The notes below the pieces were generated by a model. It was given only the letters and a program-made list of their open reading frames with translations. It did not search any database and was not told the DNA's origin. Shown one piece after another: positions 50,206 through 52,619 of a DNA stretch of 52,619 bases. The stretch is from a virus. Its lineage: Duplodnaviria > Caudoviricetes. Each line of letters opens with the position of its first letter. The first letter of the stretch is position 1. A program made the translations under genes and the position numbers. The stretch covers positions 1 through 52,619 of the IMG/VR virus record IMGVR_UViG_3300007516_000025; one strand, 5' to 3'.

Positions 50206-50442
50206 ATGAAAGTCAAAATCAAAAAAGGTGAATTAAAAAGAATGTTATCTGAGGAAACTGCTAGGTTTTTTTCACCAGAAGTATCCCCTCTATTAGAAGC
50301 TGTTTCAAAATTGGTAGAATTGTATGAAGGTTCAAATAGTGGTGGCAGAGAGATATTAGATGAAGTTTTTACGCTTTTAGAAAAAGAATTAATGCTTGAT
50401 AAAGGTGATAAAAGAATTAAGGATTTAATCAATGCAAGATAA
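50206..50442 (+). CDS. Small hypothetical protein (possible head core protein)
   Basis: MKVKIKKGELKRMLSEE; AAGGT SD. Confidence 0.7.
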   Translation: MKVKIKKGELKRMLSEETARFFSPEVSPLLEAVSKLVELYEGSNSGGREILDEVFTLLEKELMLDKGDKRIKDLINAR

Positions 50443-51046
50443 TAGATTTCTTATTAGAGAATTTAATGAACATGTTGAATTACTTCAAGAAAATTCCGTA
50501 AAAGTAAAAGATGATTATATCTTTAAGGATGTTCTATTACAGGTCGCAGATAAAAAAAATGCTAATAATAGAATTTATCCACTTAAGACATTAAAAGAAC
50601 AAGTAAATCAATATCAAATTAAGATTAAAAACAAAGGTGCAGTAGGTGAATTAGGACATCCCGAAAGAGCAGAAGTTGATCCAAAACTTATCTCACATCA
50701 CATTGATTCTATTTGGATGGTAAACAATGAAGTTCGCGGAGATGTAAGAATCCTTGGTAAAACCAGAGAAGGCTCTGAAACAGTTAATTTAATTGAATCA
50801 GATATTAAGCTCGGATTGTCTTCTAGAGGATTAGGTTCAATTATTAATAAAGGGGATCATATTGAAGTTCAAAAAGATTTCTCGTTTGTTTGCTGGGATA
50901 TTGTTATTGATCCTTCTACAGATAGAGCGTTTCTAAATGAATCAAGGTCATTAATTCCATATAATCAACTTATTTCACATGAATCTAATCTAGTTAATGT
51001 AAACAATTTGGCTGAATTGATTGCCAACAAATATAAAAGAAAGTAG
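50432..51046 (+). CDS. Prohead core protease (T4 gp21-like)
   Basis: KNANNRIYP, GELGHP, ISH, GLSSRGLGS, WDIVIDPST. Confidence 0.93.
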   Translation: MQDNRFLIREFNEHVELLQENSVKVKDDYIFKDVLLQVADKKNANNRIYPLKTLKEQVNQYQIKIKNKGAVGELGHPERAEVDPKLISHHIDSIWMVNNEVRGDVRILGKTREGSETVNLIESDIKLGLSSRGLGSIINKGDHIEVQKDFSFVCWDIVIDPSTDRAFLNESRSLIPYNQLISHESNLVNVNNLAELIANKYKRK

Positions 51047-51053
51047 GTCTTAA

Positions 51054-51386
51054 ATGAAAACAAGCGAATTAAAAAATATGATTAAAGAAAGTATTAGAGA
51101 AGTACTAAGCGAACAAAATACACTTAAACTTCTTTTTACTGAGAGTTTAAAAACTAGTATCGGCTTAATTCTAGAAAATACGAACAGAGGTTCACATGGT
51201 AATTTTAATAAAGAGGAAAAGTCTGAGCAAGATATTATGAGAGAAAATGCTCAGTTTTCTAGAAATATGTCTAAAGGAATTGCTAAAGTTAATGCACCGA
51301 AAAAAGAACAACTATTTAAAAATACTGATCCAATGTTGTCTAAAATGATGGCAATGACTAGTATTGATGATTTTGAAGAAGAATAA
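51054..51386 (+). CDS. Hypothetical head-associated protein
   Basis: MKTSELKNMIKESIREVLSE N-terminus. Confidence 0.75.
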   Translation: MKTSELKNMIKESIREVLSEQNTLKLLFTESLKTSIGLILENTNRGSHGNFNKEEKSEQDIMRENAQFSRNMSKGIAKVNAPKKEQLFKNTDPMLSKMMAMTSIDDFEEE

Positions 51387-51407
51387 ACACAACAAAGAGA
51401 GTTTAAA

Positions 51408-51617
51408 ATGGCAAAGGTAGTAAATTTTGAGACAAGATGCAGAGATAATGAACACTCCGATAGATTAATTAAGAGATTTGTTAAAAAGACGTCTAAAGTA
51501 GGTCTAGTAAGAGACCAATTGGATAATATGCATTTTGTTTCTGATTCAGAAAAGAAACGTTTGAAGAAAAAGCGCAAATTGAAGCTTGCAAGAAAGTTCA
51601 ATATTGAAAATAATTAA
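51408..51617 (+). CDS. rpsU: Phage-encoded 30S ribosomal protein bS21
   Basis: RDNEHSDRLIKRFVKKTSKVGLVRDQLDNMHFVSDSEKKRLKKK aligns by eye with bS21 ([43 protein letters not shown]); 69 aa, very basic. Confidence 0.82.
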   Translation: MAKVVNFETRCRDNEHSDRLIKRFVKKTSKVGLVRDQLDNMHFVSDSEKKRLKKKRKLKLARKFNIENN

Positions 51618-51631
51618 AGGATATTAATATT

Positions 51632-52078
51632 ATGGCTATCACATCAGGAAGACCATCATTAGGTAATGCATCAGCGTATCAGGTATCAGGTTGGCCGTGG
51701 GTCACTGGTTCAATTATGGCGGTTGGCAAATATTTTAAGGAAGTTAACTTTCCTTCAGTGACTAAAAGTTTTACAGTTGTTAATTTAGATGCAACACATA
51801 TTCACCCTGCTGCTGATCAAACAGGTACAAAGGCTATATTTATCTTTTTTGGAGATGTAAGTGTTGCTGATACTGTTCAACCTGATCAAATTTTAAACAA
51901 TCACTTTATTACAATTCCTGAAGATAAAAACGGATTCGTGTTTGATGTAAAATGCAGAAAGATTTTCGTTGGTTGTCATGATATTGTAGGAATAGGAGCT
52001 TTTCAAATTTTTGCAGAACTAACCAATGTGCCTGCTGTAGATATGCCTGCATTAAGTGGGAATGGAATAGATGATTAA
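51632..52078 (+). CDS. Hypothetical beta-rich (probable virion) protein
   Basis: LGNASAYQVSGWPWVTGS..FPSVTK..VKC..AELT; AAGGA SD. Confidence 0.78.
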   Translation: MAITSGRPSLGNASAYQVSGWPWVTGSIMAVGKYFKEVNFPSVTKSFTVVNLDATHIHPAADQTGTKAIFIFFGDVSVADTVQPDQILNNHFITIPEDKNGFVFDVKCRKIFVGCHDIVGIGAFQIFAELTNVPAVDMPALSGNGIDD

Positions 52079-52619
52079 CCGATATAAAATACTTAAAAAC
52101 TATAACATATTTGGTTTGTTTAAACGAACTCTTAGTTTACCGGCGTTGACACTTGACATTGAAGCACCTACGGTTCCTGCTTCGTTGGTTGTGTCTGCCC
52201 TTGCTCCGACAACTTTGACACTTACTTGGGCTGCATCGATCGACAATGTTGACGTCGTATCATACCAAGTTGAGCAGAAACTAACATCTGCGGGTGACGG
52301 CACCTACGTTCAGATTTACACTGGTATTTCATTGACGTCGGCTGTGACCGGCCTTGTCCAAAACACGAACTACAGTTTTCGTGTTCGGGCGACAGATGCG
52401 GCAGAAAACTCTTCAGCTTATAGCTCGGCCGTAACGGCTTTGACACTTGACAGTGAAGCACCTACGGTTCCGGCTTCGTTAGCGGCATCTGCACTTGCTG
52501 CAACGACTTTAACACTGACTTGGGCGGCGTCAACCGACAACGTTGGTGTCGTGTCTTATCAGGTGCAGCAGAAACTAACGTCTGCGGGTGACGGCACTTA
52601 CGTTCAGATCTACACGGGG
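52071..52619 (+). CDS. Fibronectin type III repeat protein (3'-partial; absent from the ORF track)
   Basis: Open frame from ATG 52071 to the window end: MINRYKIL...LTLDIEAPTVPASL..LTLTWAASIDNVDVVSYQV..VTGLVQNTNYSFRVRATDAAENSS, then a second copy. Confidence 0.9.
   Translation, partial: MINRYKILKNYNIFGLFKRTLSLPALTLDIEAPTVPASLVVSALAPTTLTLTWAASIDNVDVVSYQVEQKLTSAGDGTYVQIYTGISLTSAVTGLVQNTNYSFRVRATDAAENSSAYSSAVTALTLDSEAPTVPASLAASALAATTLTLTWAASTDNVGVVSYQVQQKLTSAGDGTYVQIYTG
52146..52619 (+). repeat. Tandem 294-bp (98-aa) FN3 coding repeat
   Basis: TTGACACTTGACA-TGAAGCACCTACGGTTCC at 52146 and 52440; second copy truncated by the window end. Confidence 0.92.

Noticed and set aside
860-52461. All minus-strand ORFs in the track (e.g. 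860-1114, 12635-13030, 41748-42086, 43556-43945, 51251-51601, 52100-52303, 52222-52461)
   Set aside because: Short antisense shadows lying within well-supported + strand genes, with no recognisable motifs
52146-52619. Diversity-generating retroelement TR/VR pair
   Set aside because: Differences between copies are not adenine-specific, both copies are in one reading frame, and no reverse transcriptase is in the window
1-52619. Stop-codon reassignment
   Set aside because: Genes are full length and tightly packed under the standard code, and TAA, TAG and TGA all terminate genes
1-52619. tRNA/ncRNA genes, major capsid, tail sheath and tube genes
   Set aside because: Intergenic gaps are too short and no cloverleaf was seen; no ORF carries recognisable gp23/gp18/gp19 motifs, so these probably lie outside the window

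Overview
A very AT-rich (roughly 25-28% GC by eye), gene-dense fragment of a large T4-like myovirus (probable jumbo phage). All credible genes are on the + strand in the standard genetic code. Order: an AT-rich 16-bp tandem repeat and 22-bp palindrome at the left edge; small hypotheticals; an HExxH peptidase; five glycosyltransferases plus a degenerate SDR; a gp55-like late sigma factor; a ~27 kb baseplate/tail block (gp5-like amidase and spike, gp25, gp6, LamG and beta-propeller proteins, tail-collar-like paralogues); RuvC, primase and a fused Mre11-Rad50 (SbcD-SbcC); a holin/spanin-like trio; terminase, portal and prohead protease; a phage-encoded ribosomal protein bS21; and a GC-rich fibronectin-III repeat gene that runs off the window and is missing from the ORF track. 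The most unusual signals are ~150-bp GC-rich islands recurring every 7-12 kb inside unrelated genes, a recurring CTAATTAA candidate late-promoter motif, bS21 alongside Shine-Dalgarno-led late genes, and the glycosylation cluster next to virion genes. All calls are by motif recognition only; no searches were run.
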